A stretch of DNA of 64,000 bases. It comes from Clostridiales bacterium (GTDB lineage: Bacteria > Bacillota > Clostridia > Saccharofermentanales > Saccharofermentanaceae). A model generated the notes under the pieces. That model was not told where the DNA came from and did not search any database. It saw nothing but the letters and a program-made list of their open reading frames with translations. The stretch spans positions 32,001 through 96,000 of the forward strand of contig JAFWDK010000016.1 in the NCBI GenBank assembly GCA_017513085.1, written 5' to 3'. Shown here in pieces: positions 28,051 to 37,622 of this stretch (position 1 is the stretch's first letter; every line of letters starts with the position of its first letter). The translations under genes were made by a program, and so were the position numbers.

Positions 28051-29301
28051 ATGGAGATTGCATTAGGTTTTGGTAAAGAAAAGATACCGGTAAATGTTCC
28101 GGATAATCAGGTTATGGCCGTACTCACGCCGAATGAAGCCGAGATCGGGCTGACAGGCAGTGACGAAGTCTACCGTTCCATGCGTGAGCCGATCGGCCTT
28201 CCGCCTCTTCGCGAAGTCGTAAAGAAAGGCGAGACCGTCGCGATCATCACCTCGGACATTACCCGTCCGATCCCGAGTTATAAAGTTCTTCCGGCTGTGC
28301 TCGACGAGCTGACTGCTGCCGGTATCGAAGACAAAGATATCACCATCGTATTCGCACTCGGTTCCCATGGCGGACACACCGAAGAGCGTATGCGTTACAT
28401 GGTCGGCGACGCCGTATATGACCGCGTCCGCTGCATCGATTCCGATGTCAATGACGCCGTACATGTCGGCACCACTTCCCGCGGCACCCCGGTCGACATC
28501 TTCCGCCCTGTCGTAGAAGCAGACCGCCGCATCTGTCTCGGCAACATCGAATATCACTACTTCGCCGGATACAGCGGAGGCTACAAGGCCATCATGCCAG
28601 GCGTCTCCACCTGGGATGCCATCCAGCACAACCACAGCGCCATGGTAGAAGAAGCGGCCTGCGCTGGCCGTCTCGAAGGCAATCCGGTCCGTGAAGATAT
28701 TGAAGAAAGCGGACGCATCCTGGGCGTCGACTATATCGTCAACGTCGTGCTCGATGCCAAGAAAGAAATCATCCGTAGCTTCGCCGGCGACCCGATCCTG
28801 GCGCACCGCGAAGGCTGCAAGTTCCTGGATTCTTTCTACAAAGTCAGCATCCCGGAAAAGGCCGACATCGTTGTCGTTTCCGCGGGCGGTTTCCCGAAGG
28901 ATATCAATATGTATCAGGCGCAAAAAGCACTGGACAATGCGAAGCATGCGGTCAAGGAGGGCGGTATCATCGTCTGGATCGCGTCCTGTAAGGAAGGTCT
29001 GGGCGAGCATCACTTTGAGCAGTGGCTCACCGGTCACGAGAAGAGTTCCGATATGATCACGCATATCAAGACTGACTTCGTCCTCGGCGGACACAAGGCT
29101 GCAGCTATCGCGATGGTACTGGAAAAGGCCCGTATCTTCTTTGTTTCCGACCTCGAACACGACTTCGTCAAGCGAGTCTTCTTAGAGCCGTATTCCGACA
29201 TTCAGACCGCAATCGATGCCGCGATTGAAGCTAAAGGAAAAGATGCCAAGATCGTCGTAATGCCTTATGGCGGATCGACACTTCCGAAGGTTGCCGAGTA
29301 A
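28051..29301 (+). CDS. larA: Nickel-pincer-dependent lactate racemase family protein
   Basis: SDITRP, ALGSH, HYFAGYSGG.K, NH, SAGGFPKDINMYQAQK, MPYGGSTLP. Confidence 0.88.
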   Translation: MEIALGFGKEKIPVNVPDNQVMAVLTPNEAEIGLTGSDEVYRSMREPIGLPPLREVVKKGETVAIITSDITRPIPSYKVLPAVLDELTAAGIEDKDITIVFALGSHGGHTEERMRYMVGDAVYDRVRCIDSDVNDAVHVGTTSRGTPVDIFRPVVEADRRICLGNIEYHYFAGYSGGYKAIMPGVSTWDAIQHNHSAMVEEAACAGRLEGNPVREDIEESGRILGVDYIVNVVLDAKKEIIRSFAGDPILAHREGCKFLDSFYKVSIPEKADIVVVSAGGFPKDINMYQAQKALDNAKHAVKEGGIIVWIASCKEGLGEHHFEQWLTGHEKSSDMITHIKTDFVLGGHKAAAIAMVLEKARIFFVSDLEHDFVKRVFLEPYSDIQTAIDAAIEAKGKDAKIVVMPYGGSTLPKVAE

Positions 29302-29340
29302 AATACCGCATCCATTGATCAGGTAAAACAACAATTAACG

Positions 29341-29374
29341 AAAGAGGACGTCTGTTAGAAGGCGTCCTCTTTTT
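29341..29374. terminator. Bidirectional intrinsic terminator
   Basis: AAAGAGGACGTC/GGCGTCCTCTTT between convergent genes. Confidence 0.8.
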
Positions 29375-29376
29375 CT

Positions 29377-29865
29377 TTATACTAGTTTCAGTTTTACGTC
29401 TACCGACTCGTCATCGCCGATGGTCAATATCGCGTAGCCGCCGCGCCTCAGTGCGCCTCCGTTAATAAACCGGATCCCCTCTTCCGTCTCGTCCACGGCA
29501 CAGTGAGTATGCCCGTACACCACGATGTCGCAGTGCTTTTCGCGCGCGGTAACGGCAAGGAGCGAATAGCTCGGGCCATGAAAAAGATGCCCATGCGTAA
29601 GGAATACCCGATGTGTTTCCGAGATCGGGAAAGCCAGGACCGGTGGCAATTGCGAAGCGGTATGAGTATAAATATCGCAGTTTCCGCAAACCATATACAA
29701 TTCAAATTTATGGTTTTCTTTGCGTATCACATCCTCGACCTCATGCGTCTCCATCTGAAGATCGCCGGCAATGATAACGCCATCCAGCGGAGATTCCTGC
29801 ATGACCACATAGCGTAGGTTTTCTTCCCGTCCGTGTATATCCGAACAAATCAGATATTTCTTCAT
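29377..29865 (-). CDS. YfcE-family metallophosphoesterase
   Basis: SDIHG, AGD, GNCD, THGH, GHTH motifs; GAGGTG SD before MKKYL. Confidence 0.9.
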   Translation of the reverse strand: MKKYLICSDIHGREENLRYVVMQESPLDGVIIAGDLQMETHEVEDVIRKENHKFELYMVCGNCDIYTHTASQLPPVLAFPISETHRVFLTHGHLFHGPSYSLLAVTAREKHCDIVVYGHTHCAVDETEEGIRFINGGALRRGGYAILTIGDDESVDVKLKLV

Positions 29866-29875
29866 AGGATACACC

Positions 29876-30970
29876 TCACTCCTTATACATACGCTCCATA
29901 AATCGCGGATTCTCAGCTGAAAGAAGGTTTTGAGCCGCCTGATCCGCAAGTTCGATAGTCAACTTCTCATATTCACACTGCAACGCGGAAACCAAAGACA
30001 TTGAACCTGTATGTCCATGATTCGCGCAGGCACACATATGGCGGCAACGCGGGCGAAGCACGCACTCCGAGCAGTTTTTTTCTTCGATACGCTGCGATTC
30101 CAAAGAAGAAAGCTTCTTCTCATCAATGCCTGTTTCCAGGTCACCGACCAGGAAATCATCCCTACCGATAAAATGCGTGCACGGATAAAACTTTCCGTCC
30201 ACATCCACCATCATCTTATGTCCGCCGAAATGGCAAAGGCGGTTATCCGCGTCTCTTCCACGGATATAATTTCTGATCTTGTTTTCGAAAGGAAGAAACC
30301 GGAAAATATCATCTCCCCGATTCCATTTCTCATATAGTTTCTCCACTTTTTCCAGTTCCCGCCTAAGGACAGAAAACCTCTCCTCGGTCCAATCAACACG
30401 TTCTCCATGAGCCGGAACCAGGCTTACCGAGCGCACACCCTTTTCCCTGAAGAAGCAAATAGAATCCGCAATCTTATCCGCATGATCCGGATGCACCGTC
30501 ATCATAATGATCGTTTCCGGGAAAACACGGAGCAACATCTCCAGTTTTCTGTCGACCACTTCGGAAGTAGTCCTTCCGCCACGGTCAACACGAGAAAGAT
30601 CCTGCGCCAATCCATCGTGTGAAAGTGCCAGCAGGATATGATTCTTCTTGGCAAAAGCAAGAAACTCTTCGTCCAGCAAGAGTCCATTGGTCGTGATCTC
30701 GAAGGTGACTTTCATACCGGAGATCGTTCGTGTTTTCTGCTGTGCGTACTGAACCAGAAACTCGATCTCTTTCCGGGCCAGAAGCGGTTCTCCTCCATAA
30801 AAGGATATCTGCGCGCTTCCTGTCAACAAGTTATCGATGGCCCGCATCGCTGTTTCTATTGGCATATACTTGTCCTCATGTTTCTGAAGACAATACCTGC
30901 AATCAAAATTACACTGGTGAGTCATCACCAGTGTAAGTCTTTGCATCTTCATAGATCCTTGATCCTTCAT
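29876..30970 (-). CDS. Radical SAM/SPASM domain protein (candidate peptide/protein maturase)
   Basis: CNFDCRYC, FYGGEPLL, TTNG, SHDG; SPASM cysteines C..G...DG..YPC and CSEC..RPRCRHMCAC...C; start may be 30952. Confidence 0.92.
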   Translation of the reverse strand: MKDQGSMKMQRLTLVMTHQCNFDCRYCLQKHEDKYMPIETAMRAIDNLLTGSAQISFYGGEPLLARKEIEFLVQYAQQKTRTISGMKVTFEITTNGLLLDEEFLAFAKKNHILLALSHDGLAQDLSRVDRGGRTTSEVVDRKLEMLLRVFPETIIMMTVHPDHADKIADSICFFREKGVRSVSLVPAHGERVDWTEERFSVLRRELEKVEKLYEKWNRGDDIFRFLPFENKIRNYIRGRDADNRLCHFGGHKMMVDVDGKFYPCTHFIGRDDFLVGDLETGIDEKKLSSLESQRIEEKNCSECVLRPRCRHMCACANHGHTGSMSLVSALQCEYEKLTIELADQAAQNLLSAENPRFMERMYKE

Positions 30971-31001
30971 TCGTATTTCCTTTTCCGTACCTGCAGACAG
31001 C

Positions 31002-31403
31002 TTATGAATCTGTCGTATCGTCTGACTCACATGTCTCGCAAGGAATTTCGCCTTCGATCATGCAATCGTCTGACGGTTCGGTCTCGATCGTTTCTTCGCC
31101 CATCAAGACTTCTGTTTCATCTGTCGGCTCAGTCGTAATTTGAACAACATCGCCATCAATCACCATTTCTGTTGTTTCAAAACCGCCGAAATCCAATCCG
31201 TTCGCCATTCCACCCAAAAATCCCTTTGTTCTGCCGTTTCCTTCCGAAGTTTTGTCACCACATCCCGTAGCCAGTGACATGGTCGCTGCCAGAGCAGTAA
31301 CGGCAGCAATCTTTGTTACCGCTGACACCTTGGAAAAATGCTTGACCTGTTCCAATGTCGGATATCCGGGATTCACATTGTTTTTGATCGGCGACTGTTT
31401 CAT
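31002..31403 (-). CDS. Small acidic lipoprotein, putative radical SAM substrate
   Basis: PGYPT leader, hydrophobic stretch ending in lipobox LATGC, repeated hydrophobic-x-G-[GDE] motifs; AGGAGG SD. Confidence 0.7.
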   Translation of the reverse strand: MKQSPIKNNVNPGYPTLEQVKHFSKVSAVTKIAAVTALAATMSLATGCGDKTSEGNGRTKGFLGGMANGLDFGGFETTEMVIDGDVVQITTEPTDETEVLMGEETIETEPSDDCMIEGEIPCETCESDDTTDS

Positions 31404-31431
31404 ATTCTTGTCCTCCTGATTTCTCTTTCAT

Positions 31432-31464
31432 ATATTAGACGAGAAAAAAGAGTGTTTTGTTGCA
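31432..31464 (-). promoter_or_regulatory. ECF sigma-type promoter TGCAAC-N17-CGTCTAATAT
   Basis: Same boxes and spacing recur at 43569-43601; resembles Firmicute SigM/W/X/V-type promoters. Confidence 0.7.
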
Positions 31465-31572
31465 AAAAAAGTAAAAAGGATCCAAACTTTTCTTTTGTAA
31501 TATTATAACGCCAAAGCACTTCAGAATAAACTGCCTGTTCTTTTCAGGGAAAGGCCGGAAGGATACCCGGGC

Positions 31573-32328
31573 TCAGTGTTTCGATTTTATCTGTATCGCC
31601 GTACCGGCGCCGATCAGTGCCGCCCATATGAAAAAGGACACCCAGACATTTTCGCACCCTTGCTTCACAACCGGATCCAGGAAGGACGGGAGTTTCTCCC
31701 ACGAATACAGAAGTCCTGCCGTCGTCACGAAAGCATCGCGGATAATGTCCGCGCCGATTACGGCAGTGATCACTTTAATGGCCGGCTCCTGAAGTATGCA
31801 GATCAGAATGCCCACCAGGATACCGATCACCGCAGCGATCAGGCAGATCGCTAAGAATTTCTCCCACTCGGTATTGCCCGGAATATAGGACATCAAAGAC
31901 GAGATCTGTTTATCCGAGATCAGACTCTGACTGGCTTCCGAAGCCTCTGTCAGTTTCGCCACGGAGTTCGGGGAAAAGGTAATGAAAAGATTCAAGTTTG
32001 CCTGCGTCTTCACAATATACAGAACAAACACTTTCATGATCGTATACCAGGTGAAAAAGAAAGAAACAAAGAACAGTGCTTTTTTATAGATCGCATAAGA
32101 AAGAAGCCCTAGAAGCACGCCCAGAACGATAGGGAAAGCCATACTCCAGATCTCTTGAAACTCTTTCGGGATCTTCTCGAGAAGAAAGGCCGTGTCCAGA
32201 ATATTGCCCAACTGGATACCCATAAAGAATCCGGCAACGGCCATAGAAAACCGGAAGAGCCGAAACCCCAGAAAGCAAAGCAGTATGCCCAGTATGAAAG
32301 CGGCGATCAATAAGAGATTGTCGATCAC
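31573..32328 (-). CDS. DUF4203/TMEM198-like membrane protein
   Basis: GILLCFLGFRLFR N-terminal motif, multiple TM. Confidence 0.65.
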   Translation of the reverse strand: MIDNLLLIAAFILGILLCFLGFRLFRFSMAVAGFFMGIQLGNILDTAFLLEKIPKEFQEIWSMAFPIVLGVLLGLLSYAIYKKALFFVSFFFTWYTIMKVFVLYIVKTQANLNLFITFSPNSVAKLTEASEASQSLISDKQISSLMSYIPGNTEWEKFLAICLIAAVIGILVGILICILQEPAIKVITAVIGADIIRDAFVTTAGLLYSWEKLPSFLDPVVKQGCENVWVSFFIWAALIGAGTAIQIKSKH

Positions 32329-32509
32329 GTGCGCCTATCCTCCCAATTCTATTGTTGACTTTTATTATAGTATGCGTTCCTTTTTCCAAATGTAACAAAA
32401 CGTTTTCAATTGCCCGACACTTTTACTTAAAATTGCCTTGCGATTATCGTTTGACTTTGCGAAAATAGATACAGTACTTCGATTTTAAGAAGATTGGGAG
32501 GTTTGAATT

Positions 32510-34339
32510 ATGCTTTACGATAACAAGATCTGGGTAGGCGGCACCACAAATAAGTGCTTTATTGAGCCATCTAAGGCAAATCGTCATGGTCTCATTGCCG
32601 GTGCGACCGGTACAGGCAAATCCGTGACGCTCAAAGTCCTGGCTGAGAGTTTCTCGGATATGGGGGTTCCTGTTTTTCTGGCAGATGTAAAAGGTGATAT
32701 GTCCGGTATCTGCTGCCCTGGTGTTTCCAATGATAATATGACGTCACGCATCGCGAAATTCGGAATCGAGAATTTCGAATATAAAGCATATCCGACCGCT
32801 TTCTATGACGTTTTCGGACAGTTGGGCATCCCGCTTCGCACCACTGTTTCAGAACTTGGTCCGATCCTTCTCGGACGTATGCTTGGTCTTTCTGATGTGC
32901 AGCGCGCCGTGATGTCCATGGTATTCCGTATTGCTGACGATCAGCAGCTCCTGCTCTATGATCTCAAGGACCTTCGTCTCCTTCTGACATATATCGGTGA
33001 TCACGCCAGTGAGTACAAGCTCACATACGGCAATATCTCTACTGCTACCATCGGTGCCATCCAGAGAAATCTGGCTCTGCTTTCCGATGAGGGTGCAGAA
33101 GCGTTCTTCCAGGAACCGGCCTTCGATATTATGGACTTTGTAAAGACAGATATTAACGGACGCGGCATGATCAACGTTCTCAACGCGACCCAGTTGTTCA
33201 ACAAGCCTCTTCTCTACTCGACATTTATGCTGTGGCTCTTGAGCGAGCTTTATGAGAATATGCCGGAAGTCGGTGATCTGGACAAGCCGAAGATGGTATT
33301 CTTCTTCGATGAGGCCCATCTGCTCTTTAATGAAGCACCTGCTTTCCTGATCGAAAAGGTCGACCAGATCGTTCGTCTGATCCGTTCCAAGGGCATCGGC
33401 ATTTACTTTATCTCCCAGAGCCCAAGCGATATTCCGGATTCGATCCTTGCCCAGCTTCAGAACCGTATTCAGCATGCACTTCGTGCCTATACACCTGCTG
33501 AGCAGAAGAAACTTAAAGCCGCTGCAGAGTCTTTCCGTGCCAACCCTGGTTTCGACACAGAAGCTGCGCTCTCCGAGCTGGCTGTCGGCGAGGCACTCGT
33601 TTCTCTTCTGGATGCCAAGGGTACTCCGGGCATCGTAGAGCGTGCTTTCATTCTCCCGCCTCAGAGCTTCATCGGTTCTGCCGGAGATGAGAATATTCTG
33701 AAACTTACTCAGCTGAATCCGTTGTACGCGAAGTATAAAGATCCGGTCGATCCGGAATCCGCTTATGAAATCCTGATGCGTAAATATGATCCGAATTATG
33801 GTGCACAGGCAGCACCTGTTGCTCCGGCCGCTGATTCCGTTTCGGCTTCCGGCGCACCGGTAGCCGTAGCACCTGTCTTTGACGCAGCGTCTGAAACTGC
33901 TCCTGCAGCAGCCCCTGTAGCTGCAGCGGCCGCCGCACCTGTAGCAGCAGCAACCACCGCACCTGCCGCCGTGGCAGCAGATGCCAAGGCAGCGGAGAAA
34001 GCACGTGCTGCAGAGATCCGCGATCAGCGTGAAGCAGACCGTCAGGAAGACCGTGAGCGCCGCATCGAAGAAAGAGAGCGTGCTGCGGAGATCCGTGAAC
34101 AGCGTGAAAGAGACCGCCAGGAAGACCGTGAGCGTCGTGAACTGGAGCGTCAGCAGAAGGCTGAAGAAAAAGCCCGCAAGGAAGCAGAGCGTGCAGAAGC
34201 CAAGGCAAAGGCCGAAGCTGAGCGTGCAAAGAAGAACAGTCCTGTAACCAAGATGGTCAACTCTGCCACTACCGCAGCAGGCCGTCAGATCGGTTCTTCC
34301 TTGATCCGTGGTATCTTCGGAAGCTTGCTGAAGAAGTAA
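32510..34339 (+). CDS. DUF853/YjgR HerA-like ATPase with Ala/Pro linker and charged helical insert
   Basis: NRHGLIAGATGTGKS, DVKGD, FFFDEAHLLF, IRSKG, RIQHALRAYTP, C-terminal RGIFGSL. Confidence 0.9.
   Translation: MLYDNKIWVGGTTNKCFIEPSKANRHGLIAGATGTGKSVTLKVLAESFSDMGVPVFLADVKGDMSGICCPGVSNDNMTSRIAKFGIENFEYKAYPTAFYDVFGQLGIPLRTTVSELGPILLGRMLGLSDVQRAVMSMVFRIADDQQLLLYDLKDLRLLLTYIGDHASEYKLTYGNISTATIGAIQRNLALLSDEGAEAFFQEPAFDIMDFVKTDINGRGMINVLNATQLFNKPLLYSTFMLWLLSELYENMPEVGDLDKPKMVFFFDEAHLLFNEAPAFLIEKVDQIVRLIRSKGIGIYFISQSPSDIPDSILAQLQNRIQHALRAYTPAEQKKLKAAAESFRANPGFDTEAALSELAVGEALVSLLDAKGTPGIVERAFILPPQSFIGSAGDENILKLTQLNPLYAKYKDPVDPESAYEILMRKYDPNYGAQAAPVAPAADSVSASGAPVAVAPVFDAASETAPAAAPVAAAAAAPVAAATTAPAAVAADAKAAEKARAAEIRDQREADRQEDRERRIEERERAAEIREQRERDRQEDRERRELERQQKAEEKARKEAERAEAKAKAEAERAKKNSPVTKMVNSATTAAGRQIGSSLIRGIFGSLLKK
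34004..34153 (+). repeat. Two 75-bp in-frame tandem repeats (RAAEIRxQRExDRQEDRERR)
   Basis: CGTGCTGC.GAGATCCG starts at 34004 and 34079. Confidence 0.85.
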
Positions 34340-34364
34340 GATCTGAACAACAGTTAAAAACGAT

Positions 34365-34396
34365 AAGAGGAGTTGCACCATGCAGCTCCTCTTTTT
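34365..34396. terminator. Bidirectional terminator
   Basis: AAGAGGAGTTGCA/TGCAGCTCCTCTT plus T run. Confidence 0.8.
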
Positions 34397-34409
34397 ATTT
34401 CCGTCAGCA

Positions 34410-34862
34410 TTACCAGTACTGCGCAAGATCTCCGGTAAAATCCCACCCGAAGAAGACCAAGGCAAGATTGCGCAGAACGAAGAACCCGATCACGACAACT
34501 AAAATGCCCCACATCTCCCACTGATGCATGATCTTCCATTCTTTTTTCTTTGGGAAAAGCACATTATGCCCAAGCGCCGACCAGATCCGCAAGACCAGCA
34601 CCGCCGTATAGATCGGGATCGGATTGGAAAGAAGCGACGAGAGGATCTTTCCATGTAACAGATATTGGATCGCACGGGTTCCGCCACATCCTGGGCAGTA
34701 CAGATGAAATACTTTGGAAAACTCACATCTCCCTTCCTGAAAAGCAAGAGAATCCCTTTTCGGATATAACAACGCGAGGTACAAAAAAGCACCTGCAAGG
34801 ATCACGGTAGTAATCACCAGTCCGATCTTCGGTGCTTTTTTCTTAGTATTCTGCGAATCCAT
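34410..34862 (-). CDS. DUF2752 domain membrane protein
   Basis: C.F...YCPGCGGTRA...G....S...NP motif. Confidence 0.85.
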   Translation of the reverse strand: MDSQNTKKKAPKIGLVITTVILAGAFLYLALLYPKRDSLAFQEGRCEFSKVFHLYCPGCGGTRAIQYLLHGKILSSLLSNPIPIYTAVLVLRIWSALGHNVLFPKKKEWKIMHQWEMWGILVVVIGFFVLRNLALVFFGWDFTGDLAQYW

Positions 34863-34868
34863 CAGAAA

Positions 34869-35417
34869 TCAGAAGAAAATGCTGATGGCGCCGACGCCAC
34901 AGGTAGAGACCATGCATATATAGTCCATCACGATCTGGAAGAAACAGGAGCAGATCCCCAAGATCCATCCGGCCATTCCTAAGGACTTCTTCGTACCATT
35001 ATTGGCATGTCCGATAATACCCAGAATGATTGCCGCCAGACTTATGAGATAGAGTGGATCAAAAAAGAAACCTAAAACTCCGAAAACGAAAGCCAGAACG
35101 CAGACTGCCTCATAGTCGGGGCGTCCGGCATTGGCCATTCTCTGCGCATATTGCTGGCGGTCGTAATCGTTATAAGGAATCCGGTTAGGCTGTTCGAATT
35201 GTTGCGAATGCGGACCTTGATTCGACGGAACAGGCAACGGTGCGACAGGCGGCTGGATCGGAGCCGGAGCAGGCTTCACTCCATTCGACTGGGTCGAAGT
35301 CGTATTCGTTGACGGAGTAGCCGGTGCCAGGATCGCACCTTGCAGATTATTCCCGCATCTCAAGCAGAACTGGGAACCTTCCGGGTTTTCCTGTTGGCAA
35401 AACTTGCAAACTGGCAT
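34869..35417 (-). CDS. Zinc-ribbon plus DUF4190-like membrane protein
   Basis: CKFC...FCLRCG, Pro/Gln linker, two C-terminal TM (AIILGIIG...AGWILG). Confidence 0.75.
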   Translation of the reverse strand: MPVCKFCQQENPEGSQFCLRCGNNLQGAILAPATPSTNTTSTQSNGVKPAPAPIQPPVAPLPVPSNQGPHSQQFEQPNRIPYNDYDRQQYAQRMANAGRPDYEAVCVLAFVFGVLGFFFDPLYLISLAAIILGIIGHANNGTKKSLGMAGWILGICSCFFQIVMDYICMVSTCGVGAISIFF

Positions 35418-35488
35418 ATTCTCCTCCTTGCGCTTCGCGTATACACTTACGGACGTTTCCTTAGCGGATCCGATGCTCAGATCGTCTC

Positions 35489-36973
35489 TTATTTGTTGTA
35501 GAGTTTCTTCTTCATGTACTCCGGCTCACAAGTAATGTTGATGCCGAGCTTTCGGAATACATTCTCGTCCACGCTCGACAAGATCGTTGTCGAGTGCGCA
35601 TCACTGTGGCGCAGATTATTGATCTGCTGCATCGCCAGTTCCGCTACCGGGTTCGTCGCCGCACTCATGGCCAGAGCGATCAAAACCTCATCGGTATGCA
35701 GTCTCGGGTTACGGTTACCCATATGGTTCACCTTCAGATCCTGGATCGGCTCGATAACATTTGGAGAAATCAACGGGATCTCGTGCTGGATACCGGCCAG
35801 TGCTTTGAGCGCATTAAGAAGTGCTGCAGCGGAAGCACCGAGTAATTCTGTATTCTTTCCGGTCACGATCGTGCCGTCCGGAAGTTCCAGCGCGACCGCC
35901 GGACCGTGTGTAGATTCTGCTCGAACCATGGCTGCGCCGACGACGCGACGGTCATTGGTCTCGATGCCGGATTTATTCATAAGAAGCTCGATCTTATTTA
36001 CGTCACTGCCGTCGGAAAGGCCCTGGCGGACTGCGCACTTAGCCTGATAGTAACGGCGGATGATCTCCTGCTTGCTGGCCTCGCGGCATGCCTCATCGTC
36101 CTCGATCGCAAAACCTGCCATATTTACGCCCATGTCTGTAGGGCTCTTGTACGGGGACTCGCCGTAGATTTTCTCGAAGATCGCGTTCACGACCGGGAAG
36201 ATCTCCACGTCACGGTTATAGTTGACCGTCGTTTCACCATACGCTTCAAGATGGAAAGGATCGATCATGTTGACATCGGCGAGGTCTGCGGTTGCTGCTT
36301 CATAAGCAATATTGACCGGATGATTGAGCGGGATGCTCCAGATCGGGAAAGTCTCGAACTTCGCATAGCCGGCCTTCACGCCACGGCGGTTCTCGTGATA
36401 CAGCTGGGAAAGGCATGTCGCCATCTTTCCGGAACCCGGGCCCGGCGCCGTTACGACCACGAGGGAACGTGATGTCTCGATATATTCATTCTTGCCATAA
36501 CCTTCGTCACTTACGATCAGCGGGACATTGGTCGGGTAACCGGCGATCGGGTAGTGCTTGTAGACCTTGACACCCAGCTGTCTGAGACGCTTGCCGAAAT
36601 GCTCGGCCAGAGGCTGGTTCGTATATTGTGTTATCGCTACGGATCCGACATAAAGCCCGATCTCGGTAAAAGCATCGATCAGGCGGAGCACTTCCTGATC
36701 GTAAGTGATGCCCAGATCACCACGGCGCTTATTCTTCTCGATCGCATCGGCATTGATTGCGATCACGATCTCCACATCATCCTTAAGTTCAAGGAGCATC
36801 TTGACCTTACTATCCGGATGGAAGCCCGGAAGTACGCGAGAAGCATGGTAATCGTCAAAAAGCTTTCCGCCAAACTCAAGATACAGTTTTCCACCGAATT
36901 GACCGATACGGTCCCGGATCTTCTGCGACTGCATCTGCACATATTTATCGTTATTAAAGCCTACTTTAAACAT
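35489..36973 (-). CDS. DUF1846 (UPF0371) protein
   Basis: [49 protein letters not shown]. Confidence 0.9.
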   Translation of the reverse strand: MFKVGFNNDKYVQMQSQKIRDRIGQFGGKLYLEFGGKLFDDYHASRVLPGFHPDSKVKMLLELKDDVEIVIAINADAIEKNKRRGDLGITYDQEVLRLIDAFTEIGLYVGSVAITQYTNQPLAEHFGKRLRQLGVKVYKHYPIAGYPTNVPLIVSDEGYGKNEYIETSRSLVVVTAPGPGSGKMATCLSQLYHENRRGVKAGYAKFETFPIWSIPLNHPVNIAYEAATADLADVNMIDPFHLEAYGETTVNYNRDVEIFPVVNAIFEKIYGESPYKSPTDMGVNMAGFAIEDDEACREASKQEIIRRYYQAKCAVRQGLSDGSDVNKIELLMNKSGIETNDRRVVGAAMVRAESTHGPAVALELPDGTIVTGKNTELLGASAAALLNALKALAGIQHEIPLISPNVIEPIQDLKVNHMGNRNPRLHTDEVLIALAMSAATNPVAELAMQQINNLRHSDAHSTTILSSVDENVFRKLGINITCEPEYMKKKLYNK

Positions 36974-37119
36974 ACATCTCACGCCCCTTGTCATAAAAGA
37001 AAAGAGCTTCTCGCGAATAATCTTGAGAAGCTCGTCAGCCTTTTTAACGGCTCTTTGCAATTATAACACATTTTGATATGCTGTCTACATAACAAACCGT
37101 CAAAAAGGAGTACTTTTTT

Positions 37120-37587
37120 ATGCGTTTTCTGATTCAAAGAGTTACCTCTGCCAAAGTAGATGTCGAGGGTAAGACCGTGGGGTCCATAGATCGCGGATTT
37201 CTCGTATTTATAGGCGTTTGCGCCACTGACACCAAGGAGATTGCGCTGGCCATGGTCAAGAAACTCCTTGGACTTCGCATCTTCCGTGACGAGAACGACA
37301 AGACCAATCTGAGCCTGGCCGACGTCAACGGAAGTCTCCTTCTCATCTCCCAGTTCACACTCTATGCAGACTGCCATCACGGCAACCGTCCCTCGTTTAT
37401 CAACGCGAGCAAGCCCGACCTGGCTAATTCTCTTTATGAGTACATCATCGAGCTCTGCCGAAGCGAGGTACATACTGTGGAGACCGGCATCTTCGGTGCA
37501 GACATGGCCGTATCGATCGAAAACGAAGGACCGTTCACGATCTGGCTCGACAGCGAAGAGATTTTGCGTAAAAATTCTCGGAACTAG
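37120..37587 (+). CDS. dtd: D-aminoacyl-tRNA deacylase
   Basis: QRV, SQFTL, GNRPSF, FGADM.V...NEGP.T. Confidence 0.95.
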   Translation: MRFLIQRVTSAKVDVEGKTVGSIDRGFLVFIGVCATDTKEIALAMVKKLLGLRIFRDENDKTNLSLADVNGSLLLISQFTLYADCHHGNRPSFINASKPDLANSLYEYIIELCRSEVHTVETGIFGADMAVSIENEGPFTIWLDSEEILRKNSRN

Positions 37588-37622
37588 GTTCTCTGGCTTC
37601 GTCCTGCGGAAGCGCTTCTTTC

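Noticed and set aside
31002-31403. SCIFF/ranthipeptide or splicease precursor
   Set aside because: No six-Cys motif and no Tyr-Gly site in the core; kept as an unassigned precursor instead.
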